A program made the position numbers and the translations under genes. The notes below the pieces were generated by a model, which ran no database searches, had not been told where the DNA came from, and saw nothing but the letters and a program-made list of their open reading frames with translations. 64,000 bases of DNA from Clostridia bacterium (GTDB lineage Bacteria; Bacillota; Clostridia; Christensenellales; CAG-138): positions 78,885 to 142,884 of the forward strand of contig JAFYJD010000006.1 in the NCBI GenBank assembly GCA_017538255.1, in the 5' to 3' direction. Below are positions 43,998 to 53,801 of this stretch, in pieces (positions within the stretch are counted from its first letter, which is position 1; the number at the start of each line of letters is the position of its first letter).

Positions 43998-45839
43998 TCA
44001 TTCGTCCTCAGCCTCGCCGCGGAAGAACTCGAATACGCTCCTTGCGGAAGCGGAGTCCATACCGGGCGTTTGTTTCAGTTCGTCGACGCTCGCGTTTTTG
44101 ATAGCGTCGATCGTCAAAAATCTTTCGTAGAGCGCGCGTTTTCGCTTGTCGCCTATACCGCGGATGACATCGAGTTTTGAATAGAGCGAACTCTTGTCGC
44201 GGATGCTTCTGTGATAGGTTATCGCAAATCTATGCGCCTCGTCCCTTATGCGCTGAAGCAGTTGGAGCGCAGGGTCGCTCTTTTTGAGCACTATCGGCTC
44301 ATCCGAATCCGGCAGGATAATCTCCTCATTGCGCTCGGCAAGACCTATCGCGTGAATATGGGAAAGCCCCATCCCTCTTAAAACATCCAACGCGACGTTG
44401 AGCTGCCCCCTGCCGCCGTCCACTATCAACAGGTCGGGAAGCGCGGCAAACTTTTCGTCCCCCGAGAGCGCTCTTTCAAATCGCCGTGTCAGATGCTCGC
44501 GCATCGCAAGATAATCGTCCCCTCCGGTTTGGATCTTGGTCTTAAAGCGCCGATAGAGCGATTTTTCCGCCTTGCCGTCTATAAAAACTACCATCGAGCC
44601 GACGGTATCGCGCCCGCCCGTATGCGAGTTGTCGAAGCATTCCATTCTGTGCGCGTTCGTATCCATACCGATGAGCGAGCAGAGCGACGAAAGCGCGCGT
44701 TCGCTCTTTTCCCATTCGCGGTGAACGAGTTCGCGGCTTCGCTTCAGGGTTTCGGCGGCATTGAGGCGCGCAAGTTCGCCCTGTTTGAGTTTTTCGCCGC
44801 GCTTTGGCACACGGATATGCACTGCGTGCGAGCAGTTTTCGGTCAATAGCGCCTCGACCGTTTTGATGTTGTCGGGCACGTCCATTACGATTATCTCTTT
44901 TGGAATATCACCGGAATCGAGGTAAAACTGCGCCAAAAACTGCGTTATCACCTCGGAAAACGGCTCATCCGACGAATCGATGTCGAAACTCTCCGTGCTG
45001 ACGACGCTGCCCGAGCGCACGAACAGGCCGTATGCAAGCGTTGCGAGCTCGTCCCTTGCGAGCGCGAAAACATCGTAGTTTTCCGCGTTGGCAGCGGAAG
45101 CGTTCTGCTTTTCCGAAATGCTCTTTATTGCCCGTATCCTGTCGCGCAGCTGTGCGGCGCGCTCAAAATCCAGCCTTTCCGCCGCCTCATTCATATCTTC
45201 CGTAAGACGCTTGATGTAGGTCTTTCCCCCTCCCGAAAACAGCGCGGCGACCTCGTTCACGAGCGCGTGGTACTCCTCGCGCGAAACATTGCCCGTACAC
45301 GGGCCGCAGCATTTGCCGATATGGTACATAATGCAGGGGCGTTCGCCGCGCGCTATCATACGCTTTATATCGTGTTTGCATTGGCGCACCGGGAAAGTTT
45401 CGCGCACGGCGGTTATGGATTCGCGCAGGAAAAAACTGCTCAAATATGGGCCGAAGTATTTTGCGCCGTCCTTTTTGTAGCGGCGAACGATCTCAACGCG
45501 CGGAAAATCCTGCCGAAAATCGATGCGGATGTACGGAAAATGCTTATCGTCCTTGAGAAGGATGTTGTAGTAAGGTCGGTTTTCCTTTATGAGGTTACAC
45601 TCAAGATTCAGCGCCTCGGTTTCGTTCTTTACGATCACGAAATCGAAATCGTCGATATTTGCGACCATCGCGCGCACCTTTTCGGGGTGGTTTTTGGACG
45701 ACTGAAAATACTGACGCACACGATTTTTGAGACTGATCGCCTTGCCGACATAGATCAGTTTGCCCTTTGCGTCATACATTTTATAAACGCCCGGCCGTTC
45801 GGGGAGCAATTTGAGTTTTTCCGCTATTTTTGAGTTCAT
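43998..45839 (-). CDS. uvrC: Excinuclease ABC subunit C
   Basis: GIY-YIG start (PGVYKMYDAKGKLIYVGKA), a UVR domain and a C-terminal HhH region, 613 aa. Confidence 0.95.
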   Translation of the reverse strand: MNSKIAEKLKLLPERPGVYKMYDAKGKLIYVGKAISLKNRVRQYFQSSKNHPEKVRAMVANIDDFDFVIVKNETEALNLECNLIKENRPYYNILLKDDKHFPYIRIDFRQDFPRVEIVRRYKKDGAKYFGPYLSSFFLRESITAVRETFPVRQCKHDIKRMIARGERPCIMYHIGKCCGPCTGNVSREEYHALVNEVAALFSGGGKTYIKRLTEDMNEAAERLDFERAAQLRDRIRAIKSISEKQNASAANAENYDVFALARDELATLAYGLFVRSGSVVSTESFDIDSSDEPFSEVITQFLAQFYLDSGDIPKEIIVMDVPDNIKTVEALLTENCSHAVHIRVPKRGEKLKQGELARLNAAETLKRSRELVHREWEKSERALSSLCSLIGMDTNAHRMECFDNSHTGGRDTVGSMVVFIDGKAEKSLYRRFKTKIQTGGDDYLAMREHLTRRFERALSGDEKFAALPDLLIVDGGRGQLNVALDVLRGMGLSHIHAIGLAERNEEIILPDSDEPIVLKKSDPALQLLQRIRDEAHRFAITYHRSIRDKSSLYSKLDVIRGIGDKRKRALYERFLTIDAIKNASVDELKQTPGMDSASARSVFEFFRGEAEDE

Positions 45840-45967
45840 GCCCCTATTATATCTTTTTTTTCGAAAAAGGTAAACCGTTTTAACGAGTTATACGTTATAA
45901 TAAACAGAGGGAGCGTTCCTTTTCCGGTTCGCGCCCAATAAAGCAAGGTGTACGGAGAAATACGATT

Positions 45968-47275
45968 ATGAAAAAACGAACCGAATACACAAGGCTTATC
46001 GCGCTGCTGATTTCAAGCATTATGGCTTTTACGCTGATCGCGGGCTGCACTTCTCAAAAGATCGAAACCGATCCCGAGACAGCCGCGATCGATCCGACAC
46101 AGCGACCCGCCGCGGCAGTCGGCATACGCAAGGCAAGCGGAAACGGCTGCGAAACGGAATCAGATCCGAGCGAAGACTATATCCGCGCAAACAATCTCTT
46201 TACCGCGGCGCTTGTTTCGGCGCTTGACGAAGACAGTTCATTCGTTGTATCCCCCGTTTCGCTCGGGCTGATGCTTGAAATGCTCTATAACGGCGCGGAC
46301 GACGCCGGCAGGGAGCAGATCTCCCTTGCGCTTAAACATACGCTCACCGGCGAAGATATAAACAAAAACGCGGCCGCGCTGATCGCCGCGCTCGAGACCG
46401 TTTCAAAAGCGGAAGGCGCGTCGAAGTTCACGCTCGATACCTCCATCCTCGTTTCCGTATACGACAGATTCGACGTGGGATTTGAAGCGGCGCTTGCCGA
46501 TCACTTCAAGGCTTCCGTAGGGAACATCGACTTTACCGACACCGAAGAAGCGCTGCGCATCATCAACTGCTGGGTCAGTGAAAAGACCAACGGGCTTATA
46601 GACAAACTGCTCGAAAACATATACCCCGACACCGCAGCGGCGCTTATAAACGCGCTCTATTTTAAGGGGCAATGGCAAGAAGCGTTCAAGCGCCATACCG
46701 AAGCGAAGGTATTCAGCGGCAAAAATGGCGAACAAAAAGCAGATTTCATTTGGACGCAGGCAGATTATAAATACGCGCTCATAGACGGCAGCGATGTTGT
46801 GCTCGTTCCCTATATGGGCGGTGATTACTCTATGGCGATCGTGCTTCCCAAGAGCGGCACGTCCGCATCCGCTGCGCTCGGGGCGGTTATGGAAAACGGG
46901 TTTGAAGGGTTTGAGACCTCGAACGTACTTTTGAGTATGCCGTGCGTTGAACTAAAAACCAAACTGGATGTTATGGAGCTGCTTCCCGCGCTCGGGCTCG
47001 GCGGCATCTCGGACGGCTCAATGCTCTTCCCCTCGATAGTTGCGGACTCCCCCGTTTTCATTAACCAGTTTGTGCACGCGGCAACGCTTAAAATCGACGA
47101 AAACGGCACCGAAGCCTCCGCCGCAACCGCCGTTACGACCGAAAAGTCCGCTGCCATCGTTTCCGATCCCGACCACAAGGTCGACTGCAACAGACCCTAT
47201 GCTATGGCTATCGTGCATAACGCGACCGGCGCGATTGTGTTTGCTTCCGTTGTGAACGATCTGCCCAACGAATAA
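45968..47275 (+). CDS. Serpin-family serine protease inhibitor, lipoprotein
   Basis: Lipobox LIAGC. SPVSLGLMLEMLYNGA near the N-terminus. Hinge/RCL ENGTEASAATAVTTEKSAAIV and C-terminal NRPYAMAIV. Confidence 0.85.
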   Translation: MKKRTEYTRLIALLISSIMAFTLIAGCTSQKIETDPETAAIDPTQRPAAAVGIRKASGNGCETESDPSEDYIRANNLFTAALVSALDEDSSFVVSPVSLGLMLEMLYNGADDAGREQISLALKHTLTGEDINKNAAALIAALETVSKAEGASKFTLDTSILVSVYDRFDVGFEAALADHFKASVGNIDFTDTEEALRIINCWVSEKTNGLIDKLLENIYPDTAAALINALYFKGQWQEAFKRHTEAKVFSGKNGEQKADFIWTQADYKYALIDGSDVVLVPYMGGDYSMAIVLPKSGTSASAALGAVMENGFEGFETSNVLLSMPCVELKTKLDVMELLPALGLGGISDGSMLFPSIVADSPVFINQFVHAATLKIDENGTEASAATAVTTEKSAAIVSDPDHKVDCNRPYAMAIVHNATGAIVFASVVNDLPNE

Positions 47276-47337
47276 GATAGCGTAATATAACCGCCTTGCG
47301 ATCCGCAAAGACCTCTCGGATCGCCAAGGGCGTCAAT

Positions 47338-47364
47338 GCGACCGCGCCTCGCGGCCGCATTTTT
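47338..47364 (+). terminator. Candidate terminator after the serpin gene
   Basis: GCGACCGC-gcctc-GCGGCCGC (one mismatch) followed by ATTTTT. Confidence 0.5.
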
Positions 47365-47391
47365 GCAGCATATGTCCATACGAAAGAGAAT

Positions 47392-47419
47392 CAAAAGGCG
47401 TATCCGGGTGGATACGCCT
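47392..47419 (-). terminator. Rho-independent terminator after ilvE
   Basis: AGGCGTATCC-gggt-GGATACGCCT, with TTTTGATT on the minus strand. Confidence 0.75.
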
Positions 47420-47441
47420 CAATGCTTTTTGAAAAGACTTA

Positions 47442-48530
47442 TCAGACCTTGTCGATATCGGTCACCCAGCCGTGGGTATCCGTGATACGCCCCCACTGCA
47501 GACCCGTGAGGGTGTTGTAGAGTTTGAGCGTGAGATCACCGATGCCGTTGTTTTTGGTCTTATCGCCGATATAGATATGCTTGTCACGATAAGCGAGTTC
47601 GCCAACCGGCGAAACGACCGCCGCGGTGCCGGTGCCGAACGCTTCCTGAAGTTTGCCACTCTCGCCCGCCTCGAACAATTCGTCGACGGAGAGGGGGCGT
47701 TCCTCGACCTCGATGCCCATCTCGCGGGCAAGGGTCATTACGCTGCGGCGGGTGATGCCGGGCAGGATGGTGTCCTCAAGGGGCGCGGTGATAAGTTTGC
47801 CGTCGATGAGGAACATCATATTCATTGCTCCGACTTCCTGAACATACTTCATATGCTCGCCGTCAAGCCATAGAACCTGGCTGTAGCCGTCCTTTTCCGC
47901 CTCAGCGCCGGCAAGGATGGAGCAGGCATAGTTGCCGCCGGTCTTTGCAAAGCCGGTGCCGCCGCGAACTGCGCGAACGTATTTGTCCTCAACGCGGATG
48001 CGGATGGGGGCAAGCCCCGCCTTATAGTAGGCGCCCGAGGGGGAGCAGATGATGTAGTAGATATAGCTCTTTGCGGCGTGTACGCCGAGCGCCTCATCAT
48101 TGGCGATCATCGTCGGGCGCAGATAGAGGCTGGTGCCGGGGTTATGTGACACCCAATCACGCTCGACCTGAACGAGTTTACGCATCGCCTCATAGTTGAA
48201 GTCCACGTCAACGCGGGGCATACACATACGGTCCGCGGAATCGTTTAGACGCCTTGCGTTGTCCTTTGCGCGGAACATAAGAATCCTGTCGTCATCGGTG
48301 CGGTACGCTTTAAGACCCTCGAAGATCTCCTGCGCATAGTGGAAAACGGACGATGCGGGGTCCATAGAGAACTTTTGATAAGGAACGATGCGCGCATCGT
48401 GCCACTCGCCGTTATCATAGTTCATAATGAACATATGGTCGGTAAAGCGTTTGCCGAAACCGAGCGAGCCCTCTTCCTCGATCGTGGGTTTGGTCTTGAG
48501 GTCGGTTGCTTTGGTGATTTTGATCTCCAT
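47442..48530 (-). CDS. ilvE: Branched-chain amino acid aminotransferase
   Basis: Class IV aminotransferase pattern (FGKRFTDHMF, YLRPTMI, EVGAMNMMF). Start set to ATG 48530 after AGGAGG. Confidence 0.9.
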   Translation of the reverse strand: MEIKITKATDLKTKPTIEEEGSLGFGKRFTDHMFIMNYDNGEWHDARIVPYQKFSMDPASSVFHYAQEIFEGLKAYRTDDDRILMFRAKDNARRLNDSADRMCMPRVDVDFNYEAMRKLVQVERDWVSHNPGTSLYLRPTMIANDEALGVHAAKSYIYYIICSPSGAYYKAGLAPIRIRVEDKYVRAVRGGTGFAKTGGNYACSILAGAEAEKDGYSQVLWLDGEHMKYVQEVGAMNMMFLIDGKLITAPLEDTILPGITRRSVMTLAREMGIEVEERPLSVDELFEAGESGKLQEAFGTGTAAVVSPVGELAYRDKHIYIGDKTKNNGIGDLTLKLYNTLTGLQWGRITDTHGWVTDIDKV

Positions 48531-48599
48531 TTGGTGCCTCCTGTAAAAAAGCATTGTGTTATAAATCTTTCTTCGCGCATTATGCGCGGGGAAAATCGG

Positions 48600-49244
48600 T
48601 CATTGAGCGGTGTTTTGGCCGCATTTTACGGGCAGATAGTCCTCTCCAGTTATCTTTGGCATACTTCTGCCGTCCGTTCGCTCGACTATATCCGCGATAA
48701 ATGCGTCCGCCCGAGCCGCTTCAACAAGGCATACAAAGCGAATGCTGTCCGTGAACTCCACATCCCGCACGATCGAGTTTTGCCGAACGAAGCCCTCGAG
48801 CGCGCCGTAGCGCGTATAATCGAATGTGAACTCCACGATCGAGCAGGGCATCATCTCTACGATGCCCGAAGCCGTCAGCGCATCGGAGGCGGAACGTGAG
48901 TAAGCCCGAACGAGCCCGCCGCTTCCGAGCAGGATGCCGCCGAAATAGCGCGTTATTACGATCAGCGCGTTCTCCGTTTGGGAGCGTATCAGCGTATCCA
49001 TAATCGGCATTCCCGCCGTGCCTCCGGGCTCCCCGTCATCCGAAAAGCGGCGCATGCCTCCGAGGAGCGAATAAGCATAGCAGTTATGCGTCGCGTCGTA
49101 GTGGAGTTTTCTTATTTCGTCGAGTTTTTCAAGCGCCTCTTCCTCGCTTGTGATCGGGAAACAGCGCCCGATGAACCGGGATCGGTTCACGGTGTATTCC
49201 GTTTCGGACGCTTTTTCCGGTGTTTTGTAGGGTTTGAGGGGCAT
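48600..49244 (-). CDS. yigZ: YigZ (IMPACT/UPF0029) family protein
   Basis: NRSRFIGRCFPITSEEEA...YDATHNCYAY pattern, 214 aa. Confidence 0.8.
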   Translation of the reverse strand: MPLKPYKTPEKASETEYTVNRSRFIGRCFPITSEEEALEKLDEIRKLHYDATHNCYAYSLLGGMRRFSDDGEPGGTAGMPIMDTLIRSQTENALIVITRYFGGILLGSGGLVRAYSRSASDALTASGIVEMMPCSIVEFTFDYTRYGALEGFVRQNSIVRDVEFTDSIRFVCLVEAARADAFIADIVERTDGRSMPKITGEDYLPVKCGQNTAQ

Positions 49245-49245
49245 A

Positions 49246-50472
49246 TTACTCTGCGATCAGGCGAACGAAGGTCTTTTTGCCTTTTTTGAGGATCACGCCG
49301 TCCGAAAGCAGCGCCTTATCCAGCACGGCCTGCGTATCCAAAACCTTTTCGTCGTTGACGCTGATGCCGCCCTCCTTAATGGAGCGGATCGCTGCGGAGT
49401 TGGATTTTTCGATCCCCGCGTGAACAAGCAGGCGCACAAGGCTCATACCCGTTGCTTCTGCGTCCGCCTCGGAGACCTTGACGGTCGGCATATGCGCTAT
49501 ATCGCCCTTGCCGGAGAACAGCGCCAGCGCGGCGGCTTCCGCCTGCCCTGCCTTTTCCTCGCCGTGTACCTGGCTCGTCACGGTATATGCAAGCACCCTC
49601 TTTGCCTCGTTGATATTCGCGCCTTCCGCGCAGAGCGCGTTCACTTCATCCATCGGGATAAAGGTCAAAAGGCTTAAGCAGGTCTTTACGTCCGCATCGT
49701 CGATATTGCGGAAGTACTGGTAAAAATCGAATACGCTTGTCCTCTCCTCGCTTAGCCAAACCGCGCCCTTTTCGGTCTTGCCCATCTTCCTGCCGTCCGC
49801 AGTAGTCAAAAGGCGGGTGGTGATGGCGTAGGCGCGCTTCCTCTCCTTGCGGCGGATAAGGTCCGCGCCGCTGAGGATATTGCTCCACTGGTCGTCGCCG
49901 CCCATCTGGAGTTCGCAGCCGTATTTGCGGTTGAGGCAGAGGAAGTCATAACTCTGCATCAGCATATAACTGAACTCAAAGAATGTCAGTCCGCGCTCAT
50001 AGCGCTGTTTGTAGCACTCGGCTCTGAGCATCTCATTCACGGAAAAATGCACGGCTATATCGCGCATAAAGTCCATAAAGTTGAGGTTTCTAAGCCAATC
50101 CGCGTTGTTTACAAGGATCGCGGCGTTCTCACCCTCGAATTCGATCAGGCGGGACATCTGCTGTTTGATGCATTCGACATTGTGATCGAGTTCCTCGACG
50201 GAGAGGAGTTTTCTGAGTTCTGTCTTGCCGGAGGGATCGGCGATCATCGCCGTGCCGCCGCCGAGCAGAACGATGGGCTTATGCCCGCAGCGCTGCATAT
50301 GCGCCATAACGCACATCGCAACGTAGTGCCCGACCGTCAGGCTCTCCGCAGTGGGATCGAAGCCGATGTAGAATGTCAGTTTTTCTTTGCCGAGGAGTTC
50401 ACGGAGTTCCTCGGGATGCGAGCACTGTTTTAAGTAGCCGCGCTCGTTCAAAAGATCGTATGCGTTTATCAT
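49246..50472 (-). CDS. tyrS: Tyrosine--tRNA ligase
   Basis: FDPTAESLTVGHY (HIGH-type) and KMGKT (KMSKS-type) motifs, with a C-terminal S4-like domain. Confidence 0.95.
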   Translation of the reverse strand: MINAYDLLNERGYLKQCSHPEELRELLGKEKLTFYIGFDPTAESLTVGHYVAMCVMAHMQRCGHKPIVLLGGGTAMIADPSGKTELRKLLSVEELDHNVECIKQQMSRLIEFEGENAAILVNNADWLRNLNFMDFMRDIAVHFSVNEMLRAECYKQRYERGLTFFEFSYMLMQSYDFLCLNRKYGCELQMGGDDQWSNILSGADLIRRKERKRAYAITTRLLTTADGRKMGKTEKGAVWLSEERTSVFDFYQYFRNIDDADVKTCLSLLTFIPMDEVNALCAEGANINEAKRVLAYTVTSQVHGEEKAGQAEAAALALFSGKGDIAHMPTVKVSEADAEATGMSLVRLLVHAGIEKSNSAAIRSIKEGGISVNDEKVLDTQAVLDKALLSDGVILKKGKKTFVRLIAE

Positions 50473-50512
50473 AGTAAGGGTTATCCTTTCAATTTTTGAT
50501 TTTGGAGAGAAG

Positions 50513-51700
50513 TTATTTTTCCTCCGCCATCTCTTTCAAAAGGTCGCCAAGCCGTTTAATGCCCTCGCGGATGCGTTCTTCGGGCTCGGCGGAAAAGTTG
50601 AGGCGGAAGGTGTTCTGACCTGCGCCCTCGGTGGTGTGGAACGGTGCGCCCGGAACGAATGCGACCTTGCGCTCGACCGCACGCTTAAAGAGTTCCTGAG
50701 CGTCCCAGCCCTCGGGCAGGGTGCACCAGATGAAAAGTCCGCCGACGGGCTCTTCAAAATGCACCCATTCGGGGAAGTGCTCCGCCATCGCATCGGTCAT
50801 AATGCGGGCGGAGCGGGCATAGACGCCCGAAATATACTCGATATGTTTTGGCATATAGCCGCGGTTGATGAACTCCGCGACGATCGCCTGATTGAGGTTA
50901 GGGGAATGCGTATCGCTGCCCTGTTTCGCAATTGTGAGTTTTTGAACCAATTCCTTGTTTCCAAAGCAAAGCGCAACGCGAAGACCCGGCGAAATAGTCT
51001 TTGAAAAGCTCGTGAGCACTATCACGTTGTCGCTCGTGTCAAAACTTTTGATGGGGGGCAGTTTTTCGCCCGAGAAGCGAAGCGCGGCATAGGGGTCGTC
51101 CTCGATGACGAGCATATCGTACTCGGCGGCGAGGCGTGCAATGCACTTGCGCGTTTCAACACCCGTTACATAGCCGGCGGGGTTTTGGAACGTGGGGATC
51201 GTGTAGAACACCTTGGGACGGTGCTTGTTTACGATTGCCTCGAGTTCGTCCGCGTGCACTCCGTCGGTATGCATCGGAACGGAGATGAGTTTAGCCTGTG
51301 CAACTCGGAAAGTCTGTAGCGCTCCGAGGAAACTCGGCTCCTCAACAAGCACCGTGTCGCCCGGGTTGATGACCGCCTTGCAAATAAGGTCAAGCCCCTG
51401 CATAGAGCCTGTGAGCGCGATCACGTTTTCGAGTTCGCCGTGAAGCCCGTTATCGGGCAGAATATGTTCAAGATAAGCGCGTCGAAGCGGCATATAGCCC
51501 TCTGTCGCGCCGTATTGCAAAAGGATATCGGATTTTTCGCTAAGGAGTTCATCGGTTATCTTTCGGACGGCTTCCGAAGGGAAACAAGCCTTTGCCGGAT
51601 TTCCGCCTCCGAATGAGATGATCTCGGGATCGCCGAGGAGTTTGAACAGTTCCCTTATCGCGCTGCCCGAAACGCCCTTCATTCTTTCCGCTATCTGCAT
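50513..51700 (-). CDS. PLP-dependent class I/II aminotransferase (aromatic / 2-aminoadipate aminotransferase-like)
   Basis: SGSAIRELFKLL, GGGNP and SFSKTISPGLRV (PLP lysine) motifs, 395 aa. Confidence 0.8.
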   Translation of the reverse strand: MQIAERMKGVSGSAIRELFKLLGDPEIISFGGGNPAKACFPSEAVRKITDELLSEKSDILLQYGATEGYMPLRRAYLEHILPDNGLHGELENVIALTGSMQGLDLICKAVINPGDTVLVEEPSFLGALQTFRVAQAKLISVPMHTDGVHADELEAIVNKHRPKVFYTIPTFQNPAGYVTGVETRKCIARLAAEYDMLVIEDDPYAALRFSGEKLPPIKSFDTSDNVIVLTSFSKTISPGLRVALCFGNKELVQKLTIAKQGSDTHSPNLNQAIVAEFINRGYMPKHIEYISGVYARSARIMTDAMAEHFPEWVHFEEPVGGLFIWCTLPEGWDAQELFKRAVERKVAFVPGAPFHTTEGAGQNTFRLNFSAEPEERIREGIKRLGDLLKEMAEEK

Positions 51701-51739
51701 AAACCTACCTCCGTATTTACCTGTGATTTTATATCTCCA

Positions 51740-51767
51740 TTTTAGTCTTTATTTGCCGCAGTTGCAA
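51740..51767 (-). promoter_or_regulatory. Candidate promoter for the aminotransferase-tyrS-yigZ-ilvE operon
   Basis: Minus strand TTGCAA, 16 nt, TAAAAT. Confidence 0.4.
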
Positions 51768-51819
51768 ATATATTTGAGATGACGACCGCAATAATAAAAA
51801 TATAACAAGTAAAATGCGT

Positions 51820-52461
51820 TCAATCCGTTCGCCTCGCGTTTTCTTCATCAAAAAGTCTGTTCAAAAACTCCTTTTGAAGCATCGCGTACTGTTTTTCTCC
51901 GCGCCATTGGAAAACGCCGCGTACCTTTGCGAATACGCTCGATCGCGTTTCCCCCTCTTTTCGCATCCCTATACGCTTCATAACCGCCTCGGAAGGAAGG
52001 TTTTCGCTGTCGCATTTGGCGGTTATGCGGTGCAGATCGAGGTTCATAAAGCCGAAGCGCAGCATGCCCTTCGCGGCTTCGGAAGCATAGCCCCTGCCCC
52101 AAAATCGCCTGTTGAAAATGAAGCCGAGGTCGCCCTGTTTAAGATCGCTGCCCAAATGCAGTCCGACTGCGCCGACGGTCTCGCCGGAATCCTTGAGGCA
52201 CACGATGAACTCATACCGAGTTCTCGGCTGTTCGATCTGGCTTTTAAGACGTGAATCGACGATTTTTTTAACCAGTTCATCGTCCGCCGGCCCCCACGGC
52301 AGGTACGCCGTAACTTCCGCATCGGTCGCGTATGCCTTAACGGCTTCAAAATCTCCAATATTGTACTCGCGCACATAAAGCCGCTCCGTTTCGAATAAAA
52401 CAAAGTCTATCTCGGTTTCATCGAGTTCTATATCAAAGCCTTTTTCAAATTCTTCGCTCAT
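51820..52461 (-). CDS. GNAT family N-acetyltransferase (RimJ/RimL-like)
   Basis: RRFWGRGYASEAAKGML motif. ATGA overlap with the upstream gene. Confidence 0.75.
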   Translation of the reverse strand: MSEEFEKGFDIELDETEIDFVLFETERLYVREYNIGDFEAVKAYATDAEVTAYLPWGPADDELVKKIVDSRLKSQIEQPRTRYEFIVCLKDSGETVGAVGLHLGSDLKQGDLGFIFNRRFWGRGYASEAAKGMLRFGFMNLDLHRITAKCDSENLPSEAVMKRIGMRKEGETRSSVFAKVRGVFQWRGEKQYAMLQKEFLNRLFDEENARRTD

Positions 52462-53756
52462 TTTTCAACCACTATCAAGCCGTAATTGCAGTTTTCGCCC
52501 GCAAACGGGTATCTGTCGTAGGGATTCTCACCCCAAGCCGCCGATGCGATTATCTCGGACTTCACGACCTTGAACCCCGCATCAACGAAAAGCGCGGTCA
52601 AAAGTTCTATATCCATAACCCTTCCAAGCCCGTAGCGCTCCTGAAGATCGCGCATACCCTCGCTCTCGCGGTCCATAAAAAGACCCTTGTAGATGAAGTT
52701 TCCGCCCTTTTTCAAAATACGGTGGATCTCGGAGATTACCTTTTCGGGCTCTGGCATATTCGCTATGCCAACGAATGAGAAACCGTGGTCAACGCTCTCG
52801 GATTTAAGCGCGATATGCCTGCCGTCGCATCCGATAAAAGCGACGTTTTCGCCGCAGTTCCGCACCCTCTGCGTTACGGCGAGTATGCGTGCATCGATAT
52901 CCGTTGCGATAAGCGCAAGCGCGGGATTCCATTCCATAACGCGCCTCAGAAGCATCCCACGCCCGGTGGCGATATCCAGGGCGATGCCGCGGCAGTTTTC
53001 GATGTGCTCCCGCACCGCTTCATCCAACATGCGCTCGGCCTGCTTGCATCCGTCCGTTAGACAGTTTTGATATTCCTCGCGGAAGGCGCGGTACTCGTCG
53101 GCGCTCTTGACGATATCGCTTTCATCAAAACTCCACGCGGAAAAGCAGTAATCCTCGCCCGGATCTTCATAAAGGATGCTGTAAACGCCCATCCTGCGCT
53201 CGTACTCGCTGCCGCAGGCAAGGCATTTGCAGTTTTTATCGAGTTCGCCTCCGCAGTGGGGGCACATAAGAAGATTTGAAATGTCCATCTTTTGCTCCGT
53301 TTGTATAAGTCCAAGTTTCAGCTTGTTTTCAAGTTCGAAAAGCGCCGTTTTATTGCTGTCGTAGCGAAGCAGTTCCCTCGCCGTTTCGTAATCAACCCAG
53401 CGGTATTCGGTATGCTCGTTTGAAATGCAAAGTTCCTTATTCTCGAGTTCCACCGCAAACGAGTATTCGGGAATAACGAGGCATTCTTCACCCCAAGCGG
53501 CTCTCGCCCGCGGGAAGCATTCCGTCGGGATACTGCAACGCGTTTCGAGCGGGAAGATGCGGCAGTTTTCCGAAAGGCCCGCTTCTTCAAACGCCTCGCG
53601 CTTTGCGGAAGCGAGCGAATAAGCATCCTCGTCCTCGCCGCCGCCCGCGATGAACTGCCAAACGCTCATATCGCTGCGCCGAAAAACGCAGTAAAGCACG
53701 CTGTCGCCCTCACGGTGATATGGGAGTATCAATACCTGATACTTTGCTCTTGCCAT
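52458..53756 (-). CDS. Tripartite fusion: Nudix hydrolase + Zn-ribbon (Trm112-like) + class I SAM-dependent methyltransferase
   Basis: Nudix-box-like GGGEDEDAYSLASAKREAFEEAGL, then CPHCGGELDKNCKCLACGSEY, then the methyltransferase motif I ALDIATGRGML and LKKGGNFI. Confidence 0.7.
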   Translation of the reverse strand: MARAKYQVLILPYHREGDSVLYCVFRRSDMSVWQFIAGGGEDEDAYSLASAKREAFEEAGLSENCRIFPLETRCSIPTECFPRARAAWGEECLVIPEYSFAVELENKELCISNEHTEYRWVDYETARELLRYDSNKTALFELENKLKLGLIQTEQKMDISNLLMCPHCGGELDKNCKCLACGSEYERRMGVYSILYEDPGEDYCFSAWSFDESDIVKSADEYRAFREEYQNCLTDGCKQAERMLDEAVREHIENCRGIALDIATGRGMLLRRVMEWNPALALIATDIDARILAVTQRVRNCGENVAFIGCDGRHIALKSESVDHGFSFVGIANMPEPEKVISEIHRILKKGGNFIYKGLFMDRESEGMRDLQERYGLGRVMDIELLTALFVDAGFKVVKSEIIASAAWGENPYDRYPFAGENCNYGLIVVEK

Positions 53757-53801
53757 GGTTTCTCCTTTAGTTCAACAGTTTGTTCGAGGGTCGATACCGC
53801 G

